Shown here one piece after another: positions 63,300 to 64,000 of a DNA stretch of 64,000 bases (the first letter of the stretch is position 1; each line of letters opens with the position of its first letter). This DNA is from Hydrolagus colliei (taxonomy: Eukaryota), in contig CM068742.1 of the NCBI GenBank assembly GCA_035084275.1, forward strand, positions 39,556,001 through 39,620,000, given 5' to 3'. Position numbers and translations under genes: made by a program. The notes below the pieces were generated by a model that was not told the DNA's origin, ran no database searches, and saw only the letters and a program-made list of their open reading frames with translations.

Positions 63300-63586
63300 A
63301 TTGGTTAGAGCACTCGCCTCGCAAGCAATTGGACTCTGGTTAGATTCTTGGGCTGGCTGAAACATTAGGCGAGATACGCCTTTATTTACTTAGTAGTAAG
63401 TAGGAACCAGGTTGTTAGTTGATTGGCGGATTGCTTTCTGGGAGTAATAATCCCTTCAAATAAAATAATTGTAAAAAAATATTAACTTGGTCACTCAATC
63501 CATGACTGTTGGTGGAACACTGCTGTGCACAAGTAGATGCTGCGCTTTGCCCACAGATATATACAGTCAATTCACTTTACAGTATG
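63300..63586 (+). mobile_element. Older SINE variant with a longer middle
   Basis: Head TGGTTAGAGCACTCGCC and body TCAATCCATGACTGTTGGTGGAACACTGCTGTGCAC...CAGTCAATTCACTTTACAGTAT; the tail is missing. Confidence 0.7.
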
Positions 63587-64000
63587 AGACTGGTAATGCT
63601 GACACATGAGGAAGGGTGAGGGAACTAATGACAGTGAAGAATGACACTGTGTGGACAGGATTCTAATGTAATTTGACTCCGCTGTTCAAAACAGGGTTTA
63701 ATTGGCAACTGGTTCTGTGCCCACTCCTTAAATCTTTCTGCATCTGTGTATCTGCTTGCTGCACGCCTGCTGGTTTTATAAACAAACAGACGCCTATCTG
63801 CAGTTCTCATCTGCACCTCCTGGAGCTATTTAGTTAGCGCAGCAGCCAGTCTCCATCTCGCCCCTTCTTGTTGGGGCAGGTTTATGATGCTTTCAGGCTA
63901 TGCAAAGCTGCATAAGGAATGCACTAAACATTTACCTTTTAGTGCATTTTATTCTTGCAAGGAATTAAAAGCGGCAAATGCCAGGAAAAGACCAGCTCCC

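Noticed and set aside
1-64000. CRISPR array or prokaryotic operon-like system
   Set aside because: The sequence is vertebrate-like, and its repeats are dispersed retroposons rather than regularly spaced direct repeats.

Overview
AT-rich, CpG-depleted vertebrate non-coding DNA, either a large intron or an intergenic region. I could not support any protein-coding exon, rRNA, true tRNA gene or known miRNA. The supplied ORFs are short and look random, except for retroelement and transposase remnants. The repeat content is a young tRNA-headed SINE with an L2-type tail, L2 and CR1 LINE fragments, DeuSINE-like and LF-SINE-like relics and a Penelope-like inverted repeat. It suggests a cartilaginous fish, possibly a chimaera such as Callorhinchus (inferred from remembered repeat families, not from a search). 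The best-supported structures are: a fold-back pogo/Tigger MITE (20949-21669), a hAT MITE with a perfect 8-bp TSD (37768-38115), a second Tc1/pogo MITE nested in CR1 (40742-40914), a probable non-autonomous Helitron with a duplicated 5' end (62649-62968), a Penelope-type minimal hammerhead ribozyme core (about 45285-45323, minus strand), and covarying 3' stem-loops shared by the SINE and L2 tails. Several repeat-free blocks look like enhancers or conserved non-coding elements, and there is one strong CTCF motif. I found no convincing new multi-gene system. Boundaries of decayed repeats are approximate.
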